A stretch of DNA of 62,925 nucleotides, counting the filler, from Licmophora abbreviata (taxonomy: Eukaryota), in NCBI GenBank assembly GCA_900291995.1. It is 25 parts of 25 records of this genome, joined end to end, with 100 filler letters (N's around TTAATTAATTAA, not from the genome) between each part and the next. Parts side by side here need not be neighbours in the genome. Positions count along the whole stretch, not along the records: positions 49,150 to 52,516 come from OLMU01002883.1; positions 52,617 to 55,258 come from OLMU01002884.1; positions 55,359 to 60,967 come from OLMU01002885.1; positions 61,068 to 62,925 come from OLMU01002888.1; 21 more parts are not named here. One strand, given 5' to 3'. Positions within the stretch are counted from its first letter, which is position 1. Every line of letters begins with the position of its first letter. Of this stretch, positions 51,600-62,657 are shown piece by piece. A model generated the notes under the pieces. That model worked only from the letters and a program-made list of their open reading frames with translations. It searched no databases and was not told the origin of the DNA. Made by a program: the position numbers and the translations under genes.

Positions 51600-53795
51600 T
51601 CAGACGATGGGGCGCCGAAAAAACCCCTGCCCGTTCTTGACCATGCTTTCCACCAAAGGGGTCGGCTGCCAGATATCCGGAGCAAGCGGACTTGCCAGCT
51701 TCATGACCTTGAGCAATCCAAACAGCCCTGCAAGATCGGCCTGAATGAGCGGGCCGCCCCGATCCGGATCGAACCGCGCGCCCTTGACCATCACCACATC
51801 GATATCCGAGGCACGCAGCACGGTCTTGCTCATCACAAGGCGTGCCGCCTCGTTCACCAGCGCAGCCTGAAGCGCCGCCGCAAGGTCCAGACGTTCGACA
51901 ACGCCATCGGGATCGGATTTGCGGCTTTCGATCCAGGCCAGCACCGCGCGATCCGCTTCCTTGTTGCGGCCTGTCGGATAGAGATAGATGCCCTTGCCCG
52001 CGGCTTTCCCGGTGGCACCGGCGGCAATCCGGTTGGCCAGAAGACCAGTAGCCGACCTGCCCACGGCATTGTCGCCCGTGTCAGCGGTCAGCCTCTCCTG
52101 CACCTCACGCAAGCCTTCGGAATCGGCGTATTCAAAGGGTCCCGTGGCAAACCCGAGACTGCGCGCCGCCGCATCGATCTCATAGGGCGAAACGCCTGCG
52201 TCCACTAAGGCAAGAGCGGCATTCAGCAGCGCCATCTGCATCCTGTCCCCCGCACTTTGCCCCGTCGCGGCCTCGCGAATGACCGTCCGGCGGAGCAACG
52301 TGAAAAACCCCGCAAGCCCGGCCACCGCCTCGGCGTGGCAGCCGTCCGGTACCAGCAGTTCCACCAGCCGCTGCCGATAGGCCGGCCGGTAAAGCCGCAC
52401 GCCCAGAACCCTTTCGTGATTCAAGTTCTCTACGGTGCGCCGCGCTATCCGTTCGGCCCCACCGATGACAGCCCAGATGGCCTCGGACGCAGGACGGGGA
52501 AATTGATCTGTCATCGNNNNNNNNNNNNNNNNNNNNNNNNNNNNNNNNNNNNNNNNNNNNTTAATTAATTAANNNNNNNNNNNNNNNNNNNNNNNNNNNN
52601 NNNNNNNNNNNNNNNNCTCGGACGCAGGACGGGGAAATTGATCTGTCATCGCGATCTCGTCCGTGTCGAAAATCAGATCGGCCTTCGACAGCGCCTCGTA
52701 GCCGGACGCGATGGACAAACGGCCCAAACGGGCATCGCGGTCCTCGGGGCTGATGTTGCCGCGTCGCACCGCCCTGTCATAAAGACGCTTGGCTCGCTGC
52801 AACAGCTGCTCTGCCTGCTCAGACGTCGCCGATATCAGGGTGACATGCTGACCAAAGTCAAGACAGCTGACCGCCAGCTCGGCCAGCACCGGATCGTTCC
52901 CCAGCATGACCAAATTGCTAAGCGGCTTGACCGTCCCAGCCTGTGCAAGTTCCGGCATGATGGCGGTCCGGCGCGTCGCGGCAAAGAGATGCCGACGGCA
53001 AATCGCTTCTGGGTTGGACAGGCGATCCTCGAACAGCGCCAACTCCAGATCGAGCCCACGTTCAAAAGGCAAAAGCTGCGCCGCCTCTATGCATTTCAAA
53101 AGGTCGGCCTCTACCCCATCGGCCACTTTCAGACGCTCCGCGACCATCGCCACGGATTTCTGATAGGATGCGGGATCGGCAAAGCCGCGGTCCTGCTCGC
53201 TGCTGCGCGGCCAGCGGCCCTGATCGGCAAATTCACGTGCCAGTTCCAGAGCCACCGGCAAGGGCGCGCTCTCGACCAGTCTGTCCCATAATCCTGCAAC
53301 CGCGGGATCGTCCGCCGACACAACGCGTCCCGAAAGCATGAAATCCAGCGTGGCCTGCGCTCCGATCAGGCGCGGCAGGCGCTGCGTCGCGCCGCCCGCC
53401 GGCACCAGACCAAGTGTGATATCCGGAACCGCAACACGGGTATCCTTGGCGACCACCCGGCCATGCGCCGCCAACGCCAGTTCAAGTCCTGCACCAAGCG
53501 CCGCCCCATGCAGAGCCGCGACGACGGGTTTCGGCGCGGTTTCGATCAACGTGCAGATATCCCGCAGATGCGGGCTGGATAACGGTCTGTCATATTCGTT
53601 GATGTCGATGCCCGAGGAAAATACCTTGCCTCTGCCATGCAAGACGATGGCGCGGACAGCCTCATCCGAAATCGCCGCCCGCAAGGCCGCATCCAGCCCG
53701 GCGCGCAGACCCGGCGCAAGCGCATTCGCCACAGGCCGATCCAGTGCGATCAACGCCACTCCATCCTGCAATTCCGTATGGATTTCCGGCGTCAA
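51600..53795 (-). CDS. Enoyl-CoA hydratase / degenerate 3-hydroxyacyl-CoA dehydrogenase fusion (FadB/FadJ-like); one gene across a false gap
   Basis: FSSGIDI, GAALGAGLELAL, GATQRLPRLIG; 3HCDH-type C-terminal repeats; a 35-nt overlap flanks the linker at 52517. Confidence 0.8.
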
Positions 53796-53894
53796 AACCC
53801 GTTCCACCCGCTCAATATCTCGCTGCCCACCCTGCAATTAACACGTAAAAAGGGACGCTATGCAACCCTTGCGTGAAGGGCCGCTGTCCCGACG

Positions 53895-54104
53895 TCAGAC
53901 GGGCATATTGTCGAATTGAGACTCGATCATCTCGTTGACCAATTCCTCATGCAGATCCCGAATTTCGGCGGGCACGGAAATGTCCTGCTCCTGCATCAAC
54001 GCGATGAGCTTCCCAAGCGGCGCCTCGTAGCTCAAACGCTCGTCAGGATCGGCATCAAGGATTTCGCGCTTCAATTTCAAACTTTGGTCAATGAGGTCGG
54101 ACAT
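53895..54104 (-). CDS. Small conserved hypothetical protein
   Basis: 69-aa helical ORF ending FDNMPV with RBS GGAG. Confidence 0.7.
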   Translation of the reverse strand: MSDLIDQSLKLKREILDADPDERLSYEAPLGKLIALMQEQDISVPAEIRDLHEELVNEMIESQFDNMPV

Positions 54105-54187
54105 GAGCTATTTCTCCATTCGCAATGACCGTATGGCACATGCCATTCCGGCCTGTTTTAAAAAGGGTATAACACGAAAATATTGTA

Positions 54188-54511
54188 TCAGATCGCCGCG
54201 GCGCAATCCTTGCAAAACGGCGTTTCCGGCAAAACATTCAGCCTTTCGGCCGAAATTCGCTCGCCACAGCGTACACATTCACCATAGCTGCCGTCGCGGA
54301 TGCGCTGCAGCGCCGCCCTGATCCGGGCGATTTCGTCCTGACCGCTCTGGCCCAGATGCTCGAGCACCTGATCGCCCTCGGTTTCGATCGCGGCATCGTC
54401 CCAATCTTTGGAATGCGGCGCGTCCAGTTCGGCTTCGATCTTGTGCAGGCGGCTGTCGAGTTCTCCAAGCCGTTTCAGCAGGGCTGTGCGATATGTGTCG
54501 ATAGATTGCAT
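54188..54511 (-). CDS. TraR/DksA C4 zinc-finger protein
   Basis: ALQRIRDGSYGECVRCGERI..ERL..LP..PFCKDC. Confidence 0.9.
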   Translation of the reverse strand: MQSIDTYRTALLKRLGELDSRLHKIEAELDAPHSKDWDDAAIETEGDQVLEHLGQSGQDEIARIRAALQRIRDGSYGECVRCGERISAERLNVLPETPFCKDCAAAI

Positions 54512-54612
54512 ATTGGTCCTCCGTCACCGTTGGGCACTCTTGCACGCAAAGATGGGGCGCTCTTTGACACACATCAACATCCATACCAAAGGCATCCTTC
54601 GTCAGGCAGGCC

Positions 54613-55553
54613 TCAGCTCACATCCTCGTTTTTTTCATGGTCTTCCGCTGCATCGGGCGCGGCTTGCCCTGGGTCGACCGGCGCAAGATAACGCGTCGTC
54701 TGCGCCCCCTCGGCAAGCGGCGCCTGCGGCATGTCCTGCGCCACCATATCAGCCTTTGTGGCCGCGCCTTGCCCAGACTCCGCCCCGCCCAAAAGGCGCA
54801 CCGCGCGCCATCCGTTCAACTGGCCCAGCCTGACGGGGGCAACCAGATGCTGGCCCGCACCCAGAAGTTCGGCCTTTTTGAGCGCCTCACGCGGAACCGG
54901 CAGCTGCATGCCCGGGGTCAGGGCGCAAAGCTTGTTCAGCGGCATTGAAAGGCGCGCCAGAACGGCATCCAACATGACCGGCGCGTTCAGGGCACTGGCC
55001 TCCAGAGTAGGACCGGCAAAAGCCCCATCACGCGCGGATGTCGCCGGATCGCGACGCCGCGCGCGCGGCAACAACAAAGACAGACTGCCCGTCTTGGCCC
55101 CATCCGCCAAATCCGCGGTGATCCGGAAGAGATCGTATTCCGGCACTTCCAACGCCAGCGCCAGCGTGCGGGAATCCTCCACCATATCGCCGAAACGCCA
55201 GTCCGAGGGCGCCACCTTCTCTGCGGCGCTGCTCAGATACGCGTCATAGGCCTTCAGGNNNNNNNNNNNNNNNNNNNNNNNNNNNNNNNNNNNNNNNNNN
55301 NNTTAATTAATTAANNNNNNNNNNNNNNNNNNNNNNNNNNNNNNNNNNNNNNNNNNNNCATCTCGGCCTTCACGGCCGATTGCGCCAGGACAGTCTGTTC
55401 GACCGTCGCGACGACAAGCGCCAGATCGAGAAGGGCATCCGCCATCTTTTCCAACGACAGCCGCAGCGCCTTGCTGGGCGACATGGCACGCGCGTCGAAA
55501 TCTTCGCGGGCGACCTTCGCCTTGCGTTGTAAGAGTGAAATGCCGTCCTGCAT
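54613..55553 (-). CDS. FliM/FliN C-terminal (SpoA) domain protein (split by gap)
   Basis: LDAVLARLSMPL...RLGQLNGWRAVRL. Confidence 0.7.
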
Positions 55554-55645
55554 CGTCTTCCGTGCGCCCCTGACCGTTCTTCTTGCGACACGCCGCCGGC
55601 CGCGCGTTCAGACAGACATTACCGCCTGATCGGTTACCAGAAGGT

Positions 55646-58342
55646 TCACGCCGATGCGGCATGCGGCACGGAAACCGTCTCTGACGGCAGGATCACGCGA
55701 AACGCCGCGCCGGACTGCCCCGGCAGATAGATGATCTCGCCCCTAAGCCGCGCCATGATCTCACGGCAGATGGCCAGTCCAAGCCCTGCCCCGCCCGCCT
55801 TGGTATGACCGATCCGCGAGAACTTTTCGAAGATCACCGATTGCTGGTCGGTCGGAATGCCCGATCCGTTGTCGGTAAAGTCGATCACAAGTCCCGCCGT
55901 CTCGCGCTTGGCCGTTATCGTCAGGACAGGCTTTCCGGCGTCGCAATATTTGCGGGCATTCGAGATCAGATTGATGAACACCTGCGCCAGACGATCCAGA
56001 TCGGTGGTCAACCACAGCTCTTCTTCGGACCCGTGACGCTCGATCCTGAACGTGTCGGTTTCGCCCCCCGCGGCACCGACGGCGCGGTCCAGGAGATCGC
56101 GCAATCTGCCGCTATGAATATTGAGAACGACCTGACCGTGCTCCAGAACGCTGAGATCCAGAAGATCATCCAGCAAGCGTGTCAGGCGGATCGCTTCGTC
56201 ATGAATGATCGTCGCATATTTGCCCTTTTCTTCGGATGTCAGCCCTTCGGTATCTCGCAGGATTTCCGAGAACGCCCTGATCGATGTCATCGGCGTGCGC
56301 AGCTCGTGGCTGATTTGACTGAGAAAGGCGTCTTTTTGAACCGAAAGCTGCGTCAACTTCTGATAGGCCTCGCGCAACTGGCGCGCGGTGCGTTCCTGCT
56401 CTTGAGTCTTGGCCTCCAGCTGGCTGGAATACTCCATGATCTGCGCGGTTTCGTCGGCCACCGCCATCAAGTCCTCGACCGACACGGTCGCCCCGCCGAC
56501 AATCTGCGAAATCATCGCATGTGCGGTCGCCGCCCCCACCGACCCCGACAGCTCTCGCTCGAGCTCCTGCAGGAATTCAGGCGTCGGTTCGGGCAGGTAC
56601 CCCGCAAGACCCTGCCGCTTCGCCGCCGAGGAAAACAGCGCCTGAGCCTGCGCCGCGCCCATGATCCGCTGAGACATGATGAGCAGGTCCTCACTCTGCG
56701 CCAGCCCCCCCGACCAGCCCGGCGCCGTGCCCGAATGCTGGAACACGTTGACGAATTGCGCGCCCTGCAACCGCTCGACCGGTCTCGGGAACGTCATCAC
56801 CGAGACCATGACGAACACCGCCGTGTTCAGCATCATGCTCCACATCACCGCATGCACCAGCGGGTCCATGCCCTCAGCCCCGAAAAGCGCCTGGGGCCTG
56901 AGCCAGCCCAGCCCGAATGGACCATGATCGAAAACCGATTGCGGCAGGATCATCGAAGGGCCGAAACTTGGAAGGAACAGACAGTAAAGCCAGATCGTAG
57001 CCCCGACCCCCAGCCCGGCAAGCGCCCCGGTGCGGTTCGCCCCACGCCAGAACAGCCCCCCGAGCAGAGCAGGCAGAAACTGCGCCACACCGGCAAACGA
57101 CACCAGCCCGATCGCCGCCAGCGCCGTACCGCCCCCCGAGATCTGAAAATAGAGATAGCCCAGCAACACGATCCCGCCGATCGACAGGCGCCGCGCTAGA
57201 AGCGCCACATGCCGCACATCCCCCGACATCATCGCCGTGCCGCCCGTGCTCCACAGCCAGACCGGCATCACCACATGGTTCGACACCATCGTGGACACCG
57301 CGATGGCCGCCACGATCACCATCGAGGTCGCCGAGGAAAACCCTCCGATGAACGACAGGATCGCCAGCCAGTCGCGCCCCTCCTGCAATGGCAAGGTCAG
57401 CACGAACATATCCGGGTTCGACCCAGGCGGCAGGATATCCAGACCCACCACCGCAATCGGCACCACGAACAGGCTCATCAGCATCAGATAACCCGGAAAC
57501 GCCCAGGCGGCGGTGCGCAAATGATCCTCGTCCTCGTTTTCCACGACCATCACCTGAAACATCCGCGGCAGGCACAGGAACGCCGCCGCCGACAACATGG
57601 TCAGGCCGATCCAGCGCCCTCCGGACTGGTCCCATGTGGCGATGGGCGAGGCGTCGATCCGGTCCAGCGTCGGGCCGATCCCTCCTGCAAGTCCCCAGAC
57701 CACGAAGATCCCGACCGCCAGAAGGGCCGCCAGCTTGACCACCGCCTCAACGGCGATAGCCATGACCACGCCATGATGTCGCTCGTTGGCATCAAGGTTG
57801 CGTGTCCCGAACAGGATCGTAAACAGCGCAAGCCCGAGCGCCACCCAGAAAGCCGTGGATTGCAGGGTCGGCAATTCCGCCGCAGAGGCATCATGCGCGG
57901 CGAACGTGGAAAACGACAGAGTGACCGATTGCAATTGCAGCGCGATATAGGGCGTGGTGCCGATCACGGCCAACAGGGTGACCAGGACCGCCAGAAGGTT
58001 CGACTTGCCATAGCGCGACGAGATCAGGTCCGCGATCGAAGTGATCCGCTGGCTCCGGCCCACGCGCACCATCTTGCGCAATGTCCACCACCAGCCGATC
58101 ATCACCAGCGTCGGGCCAAGATAGATCGTCAGAAACTCAAGCCCCGACCGCGCCGCCGAGCCGACGGCCCCGTAAAACGTCCAGGCCGTGCAATAGATCG
58201 ACAGTGACAGCGTATAGACCACCGGCGAGCGCAGCCATGTCCCCCGGCCGCGCCGCGCCGCACGGTCCGCCCCGAAGGCCACCGCGAACAGAAACGCCAC
58301 GTAGAGCAGGCACACAAGGACAAGAATGTTGAGCGTTGCCAT
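55646..58342 (-). CDS. Sodium:solute symporter-domain histidine kinase (CrbS-like)
   Basis: YTLSLSIYCTAWTFYG SSS domain; ISHELRTP H-box; N, G1, F and G2 boxes. Confidence 0.92.
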   Translation of the reverse strand: MATLNILVLVCLLYVAFLFAVAFGADRAARRGRGTWLRSPVVYTLSLSIYCTAWTFYGAVGSAARSGLEFLTIYLGPTLVMIGWWWTLRKMVRVGRSQRITSIADLISSRYGKSNLLAVLVTLLAVIGTTPYIALQLQSVTLSFSTFAAHDASAAELPTLQSTAFWVALGLALFTILFGTRNLDANERHHGVVMAIAVEAVVKLAALLAVGIFVVWGLAGGIGPTLDRIDASPIATWDQSGGRWIGLTMLSAAAFLCLPRMFQVMVVENEDEDHLRTAAWAFPGYLMLMSLFVVPIAVVGLDILPPGSNPDMFVLTLPLQEGRDWLAILSFIGGFSSATSMVIVAAIAVSTMVSNHVVMPVWLWSTGGTAMMSGDVRHVALLARRLSIGGIVLLGYLYFQISGGGTALAAIGLVSFAGVAQFLPALLGGLFWRGANRTGALAGLGVGATIWLYCLFLPSFGPSMILPQSVFDHGPFGLGWLRPQALFGAEGMDPLVHAVMWSMMLNTAVFVMVSVMTFPRPVERLQGAQFVNVFQHSGTAPGWSGGLAQSEDLLIMSQRIMGAAQAQALFSSAAKRQGLAGYLPEPTPEFLQELERELSGSVGAATAHAMISQIVGGATVSVEDLMAVADETAQIMEYSSQLEAKTQEQERTARQLREAYQKLTQLSVQKDAFLSQISHELRTPMTSIRAFSEILRDTEGLTSEEKGKYATIIHDEAIRLTRLLDDLLDLSVLEHGQVVLNIHSGRLRDLLDRAVGAAGGETDTFRIERHGSEEELWLTTDLDRLAQVFINLISNARKYCDAGKPVLTITAKRETAGLVIDFTDNGSGIPTDQQSVIFEKFSRIGHTKAGGAGLGLAICREIMARLRGEIIYLPGQSGAAFRVILPSETVSVPHAASA

Positions 58343-58615
58343 TCAGTGGTCCCCGTGGCCGCCCCCGTTGTCCGTGTCCGATCGCAGATGCCGGGATATC
58401 AGAACCGACGTCAGAGCCAGCAAAAACCAGACCGGAAACAGATAGAACATCACCATGGATGTGCGCACCGGCTCCCCCGGCTTGCCTTCCCATAAAAGCG
58501 GCAGCAAGAACAGCGCCCCCCCGAGGATCGGCAGCATCCGGGCCGCATCGGCCATCCTGCGGCGCCTGTAGGTGCGCCGCTCCAGAAACACAGGGCCAGG
58601 CGTCTCGCGCATCAC
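58343..58615 (-). CDS. Small 2-TM protein in sensor operon
   Basis: FLERRTYRRRRMADAARMLP; abuts the kinase start. Confidence 0.75.
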   Translation of the reverse strand: MMRETPGPVFLERRTYRRRRMADAARMLPILGGALFLLPLLWEGKPGEPVRTSMVMFYLFPVWFLLALTSVLISRHLRSDTDNGGGHGDH

Positions 58616-58980
58616 GATCCGACCATGCTGCGCACGGCCTCCAGCACATCCGCATTCGCGAAGGGCTTGGTCATGTAGCGGCTGACCCCGGATTTCTCGG
58701 CCAGCTCGCGATCCTTGAGCTGACCGCGCGCAGTCAGCATCAGAACCGGCATGGCGCCGAGATCCGCATCGGCGCGAATTTCCTGCAGGATGTCAAACCC
58801 GCTCTTGCCGGGCAGCATCACATCCAGAATGACCAGATCAGGCTTGCGCGCACGCACCGCATCCATGGCGTCATGCCCATTGGAATGCGTTTTCACCTCC
58901 CAACCATCTCGCGACAGAATGAAGCTGATGGCCTCAATGATATTGGGTTCGTCTTCTATCAGAAGCACTTTTCTGTCCAT
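58612..58980 (-). CDS. Single-domain response regulator
   Basis: VLLIEDE, ILDVMLP, MLTA and KPF motifs. Confidence 0.92.
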   Translation of the reverse strand: MDRKVLLIEDEPNIIEAISFILSRDGWEVKTHSNGHDAMDAVRARKPDLVILDVMLPGKSGFDILQEIRADADLGAMPVLMLTARGQLKDRELAEKSGVSRYMTKPFANADVLEAVRSMVGS

Positions 58981-59050
58981 GCAACCGGCCTCCCCACCGA
59001 TCATCACGGCCAAGACCGCCCTGCACTTATCCTAAATGTCTGGCCTTCTG

Positions 59051-60358
59051 TCAAAAACCGTCTGCAACGATCGACGGCTCGCGGCGCGCAGGGCACTCGC
59101 GCAAGGGGCAAATCCGGCAGCTGGCGCCCACATCCCGCACGGGATCCTCCGCGCGCGCCTTGGGCTCGGGCAGGATGAGCATATGCGCCCGCAGCAAGGC
59201 CGGCTGGTCGAACGTGGCCGGTGCCGTCTGCTCGGTCGCGGCAAGCGCCAGCACCGTTTCCTGACCCCGCCCCGCCTGCCGCAGCAAGGCCCGCACCGGC
59301 GCATGCGGCTGGCCCAGAACCTGAAACAAGGGCCACAGCGCACAGGCCGCCGCATCCCGAGGCATGACAAACCCCGGAAAGGGCCGTCGGAAGATCAGTG
59401 CGCCGGACATGTCACAGATCACCAGCCCGATCAGCCCGACTTCGCTGTCCGGCAAGGCCGCCAGACGCCGGAAAATCACGGGCAAGCCGCAGCAGAACAC
59501 CCGCGCCAGCCGTTCCGGCGACGGATCGCGGCGGACCTCCGACAAGAAAGGCCCGATCGGCAGCACCCGCGCATCCGCACGGTACTGCTCGAGCGTGTCG
59601 CGGGCCAGTCGGCGGGCCGCTTCGGTGCCAAGCTCGGCGGCGGCATCGATGATCGCGGTGATTTCGAACGCGCCCGTCCTGTCCTCTTCGAGCGTCGGAA
59701 AGTGAAATCCGCTGCGGGCAAGAAAGGCCTGCAATTCGTCCTGCGGAGACTTGATGTCGGCCTCTGAACTGGCAGCCCCCTCGAGATAGCGCACCAGCGC
59801 CTCCGCCCCTTCGGCCAGACGGCGGCTGTCCTCGTCGATATTGCGGTGGAATCTGGCCTGCCATTCCGGCTCCAGCGCCTCGGTCTCCACAAGGATGGAA
59901 GACGTCGACCGGATCGCGGTGACCGATGAAATCACCTCGTGCAGCGACGCGGCGAGATGCGGGTCATGCGCCAGCCGGTCGGTCAGCGTCTCGACCGTGC
60001 GCTCCAACCCCTCGACCCTCGCATGAAGCCGCGCCAGAAGAGTGGCCCAGCCGGAAAACCTGCCCGCGAATTCCTGCACGCGTTCGGTTTCCACCCTTAT
60101 CCCGGTCTGCGAGCCCGCCGCCTCTCTCAAGGCGGCGATCAGCGTGACTTCGGCCCCCTCCGAAAGGGCCGACGGCTCGACCTCCAGAACCTCGGCCAAT
60201 TTGATAAGGGTCTTGCCGGCGATTCTTCGCCGATTGTGTTCGATCAGATTGAGATAGGAGGGTGATATCCCGACCATCTTCGCCAACTCGGACTGGCGGA
60301 TACCGTTCATCACTCGCCTTTCACGGATACGGGTGCCGATCATCGAACTTTCGGGCAT
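59051..60358 (-). CDS. XRE-family short-chain acyl-CoA regulator (ScfR/RamB/PccR-like)
   Basis: GISPSYLNLIEHNRRRI HTH; C-terminal GASCRICP...CPARREPS. Confidence 0.9.
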   Translation of the reverse strand: MPESSMIGTRIRERRVMNGIRQSELAKMVGISPSYLNLIEHNRRRIAGKTLIKLAEVLEVEPSALSEGAEVTLIAALREAAGSQTGIRVETERVQEFAGRFSGWATLLARLHARVEGLERTVETLTDRLAHDPHLAASLHEVISSVTAIRSTSSILVETEALEPEWQARFHRNIDEDSRRLAEGAEALVRYLEGAASSEADIKSPQDELQAFLARSGFHFPTLEEDRTGAFEITAIIDAAAELGTEAARRLARDTLEQYRADARVLPIGPFLSEVRRDPSPERLARVFCCGLPVIFRRLAALPDSEVGLIGLVICDMSGALIFRRPFPGFVMPRDAAACALWPLFQVLGQPHAPVRALLRQAGRGQETVLALAATEQTAPATFDQPALLRAHMLILPEPKARAEDPVRDVGASCRICPLRECPARREPSIVADGF

Positions 60359-60581
60359 CGGAATTTTTCCTGCAATTCGCGGATGTTCGACCGCTTATGG
60401 CAAAAACTTTACACTTCAGCACGACATCCTGTCTAGTTTTTTACAAAAAAATCGTTCTTCTAAAAGCAGTTGTTGCGTAATTTTCTTACCTCTTGCGATA
60501 ATGCATTTGCACATTAGTGCCAATTTGGGGCGCGCGCAGAGGAGGCGCGTTTCCCGAGTTAATCTTAATGGGAGGATATCA

Positions 60582-60967
60582 ATGTCCAAAACCAACCTCA
60601 CTCGTCGTGGCCTGCTGAAGACCAGTGCCGTTGCCGGCGCCGGCGTGGCGCTGCCGACCATTTTCACCTCTTCCGCCAATGCCTTCACGAACGAGCCCAC
60701 AGGCTCTACCGTGACGCTTGGCTTCAACGTCCCGCAGAGCGGACCCTATGCTGACGAGGGCGCGGACGAACTGCGCGCCTACGAGCTGGCGGTCGAGCAC
60801 CTGAACGGTGGCGGCGACGGCGGCATGATGAACACCTTCAGCTCCAAGGCGCTGCAAGGGAACGGTATTCTGGGCAAGAAGGTCGAATACGTCACCGGCG
60901 ACACCCAGACCAAGTCTGACGCCGCCCGCGCATCGGCCAAGTCGATGATCGAAAAAGACGGCGCCAT
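60582..60967 (+). CDS. Tat-exported ABC substrate-binding protein (branched-chain amino acid type), partial
   Basis: TRRGLLK Tat motif; LGFNVPQSGPYADEG; GILGKKVE. Confidence 0.85.
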
Positions 60968-61067
60968 NNNNNNNNNNNNNNNNNNNNNNNNNNNNNNNNN
61001 NNNNNNNNNNNTTAATTAATTAANNNNNNNNNNNNNNNNNNNNNNNNNNNNNNNNNNNNNNNNNNNN

Positions 61068-61777
61068 CGTTCGTTCTGGCCCTTCGCACCGGGCCAGCCG
61101 GGGTGATCGGCGGTCTGGCGCTGGTGGCGGCCTATACCGGCGGCATTCACGCGGTGCAGACAACCTCGGTCGCCAATGCCATGCTGCTTTTCGCCTCCGC
61201 TCCGTTCATGGCGGCGATCCTTGGCCGGCTGATCCTGCGCGAATCCGTCCGCCCGGCCACATGGATCGCCATTGCCGTGGCCTGTATCGGTATCGGCGTC
61301 ATGGTCTGGGACAAGTTCGGCGAGCCTTCGGCGATCGAAGGCAACCTCTCGGCGCTCGGCTCTGCCTTTGGATTTGCCGTGTTCACCGTGGCCCTCAGAT
61401 GGGGCAAGGCCGGTGAGATGATGCCTGCTGTCTTTCTGTCCGGCCTTTTCGCGGTACCGATCATGGGCGCGATCTGCCTGTGGCAGGGCCTGCCGCTGGT
61501 GATCGGCGCACAGGATGCGGGGCTGTCCCTCGGCATGGGCATATTCCAGGTGGGCGCGGGGCTGATCCTTTACACCATCGGCTCGAAAACCGTGCCCGCG
61601 GTGGAACTCACCCTTCTGTCGCTAGCCGAGGTGGTGCTTGGCCCCCTCTGGGTCTGGCTCTTTCTGGGTGAGACGGCGACACCCTACACCCTTGCGGGCG
61701 GCGCGATCCTTCTGAGCGCCATCGCCGGGAACGCGATATCGGGCGCGCGTCGCAAACCGCCGCCCCCCATGGTCTGA
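61068..61777 (+). CDS. DMT/EamA family transporter, 5' end in gap
   Basis: TSVANAMLLFASAPF...ILRE; LAEVVLGPLWVWLFLGE. Confidence 0.85.
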
Positions 61778-61856
61778 GCTTTCCCACACAGCACCGACAT
61801 TTGTGCTACACTGGGTCTGCTTTGCAATTTAGCTGCATAAACAGGAGGCATCCCAC

Positions 61857-62129
61857 ATGCGCAAAACCCTCATGACGACAGCCCTTGCCGCCGGTCTTGC
61901 CCTGACCGGCTGCGTAACCGCCGAACAAGAACGCCAGGTATCCGGCGCGGTGATCGGCGGCGGGCTTGGCCTCATCACCGCCAAGGTGCTCGGAGCAGAT
62001 AATGACTGGGTCGTGGTATCGACGCTGGCCGGGGCCGCGGCCGGGGCACTGGTCGCGCGCAACACCGCAACCGGGCAATGCGCCTATGCGCGCGGCGACG
62101 GCACATATTACAACGCGCCCTGCCCCTGA
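61857..62129 (+). CDS. Glycine-zipper lipoprotein
   Basis: RBS AGGAGG; lipobox LTGC; GAVIGGGLG...AGAAAGALV; C-terminal Cys pair. Confidence 0.8.
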   Translation: MRKTLMTTALAAGLALTGCVTAEQERQVSGAVIGGGLGLITAKVLGADNDWVVVSTLAGAAAGALVARNTATGQCAYARGDGTYYNAPCP

Positions 62130-62179
62130 CACCCCAAAAGCGGCGCGGCGGGGATCATCCCGCCGCCCCGAAACAAGGC

Positions 62180-62644
62180 TCAGCCGCGCCCGCGATAGGG
62201 CGGAACACCCTGATCGGGGATCCAGACGCCCTCGGGCATCGGCCCCGTCTGGTAAAAGACATCAATGGGGATGCCGCCGCGCGGATACCAATACCCCCCG
62301 ATCCGAAGCCATGTCGGCTCGATAAACTCCGCCAGACGCCGCGCGATACTGATCGTGCAATCCTCGTGGAACGCGCCGTGATTGCGGAAACTGCCTAGAA
62401 ACAGCTTGAGCGACTTGCTCTCCACCAGCCACGCCCCCGGCACGTAATCGATCACCAGATGCGCGAAATCCGGCTGTCCGGTCATCGGACAAAGCGAGGT
62501 GAACTCCGGCGCCACAAACCGCACGTTATAGGCCACATCCGCCTGCGGATTGGCCACCCGCTCCAACTCGGCTTCCTCGGGCCGCTGCGGCACCACCGTC
62601 GCCCCGCCCAACTGCTTGAGATCCTTGTAGATATTGTCGCTCAT
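62180..62644 (-). CDS. queF: preQ0 reductase
   Basis: [27 protein letters not shown] and PRGGIP motifs. Confidence 0.95.
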   Translation of the reverse strand: MSDNIYKDLKQLGGATVVPQRPEEAELERVANPQADVAYNVRFVAPEFTSLCPMTGQPDFAHLVIDYVPGAWLVESKSLKLFLGSFRNHGAFHEDCTISIARRLAEFIEPTWLRIGGYWYPRGGIPIDVFYQTGPMPEGVWIPDQGVPPYRGRG

Positions 62645-62657
62645 TGCGTGCCTTTCC

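Noticed and set aside
52482..52651. 35-nt direct repeat (MTDQFPRPASE appears twice) suggesting duplication or two genes
   Set aside because: The copies are the overlapping ends of adjacent contigs around a linker; it is one gene.
60395..60500. TTTACA/GCAAA-like boxes between ScfR and the SBP gene as ScfR operators
   Set aside because: Plausible but too degenerate to delimit by eye.
1683..61067. 24 identical TTAATTAATTAA units embedded in N-runs, superficially a dispersed repeat or array
   Set aside because: Artificial six-frame-stop contig linkers of fixed 100-nt length; not biological. ORFs ending in X...LIN are artefacts of them.
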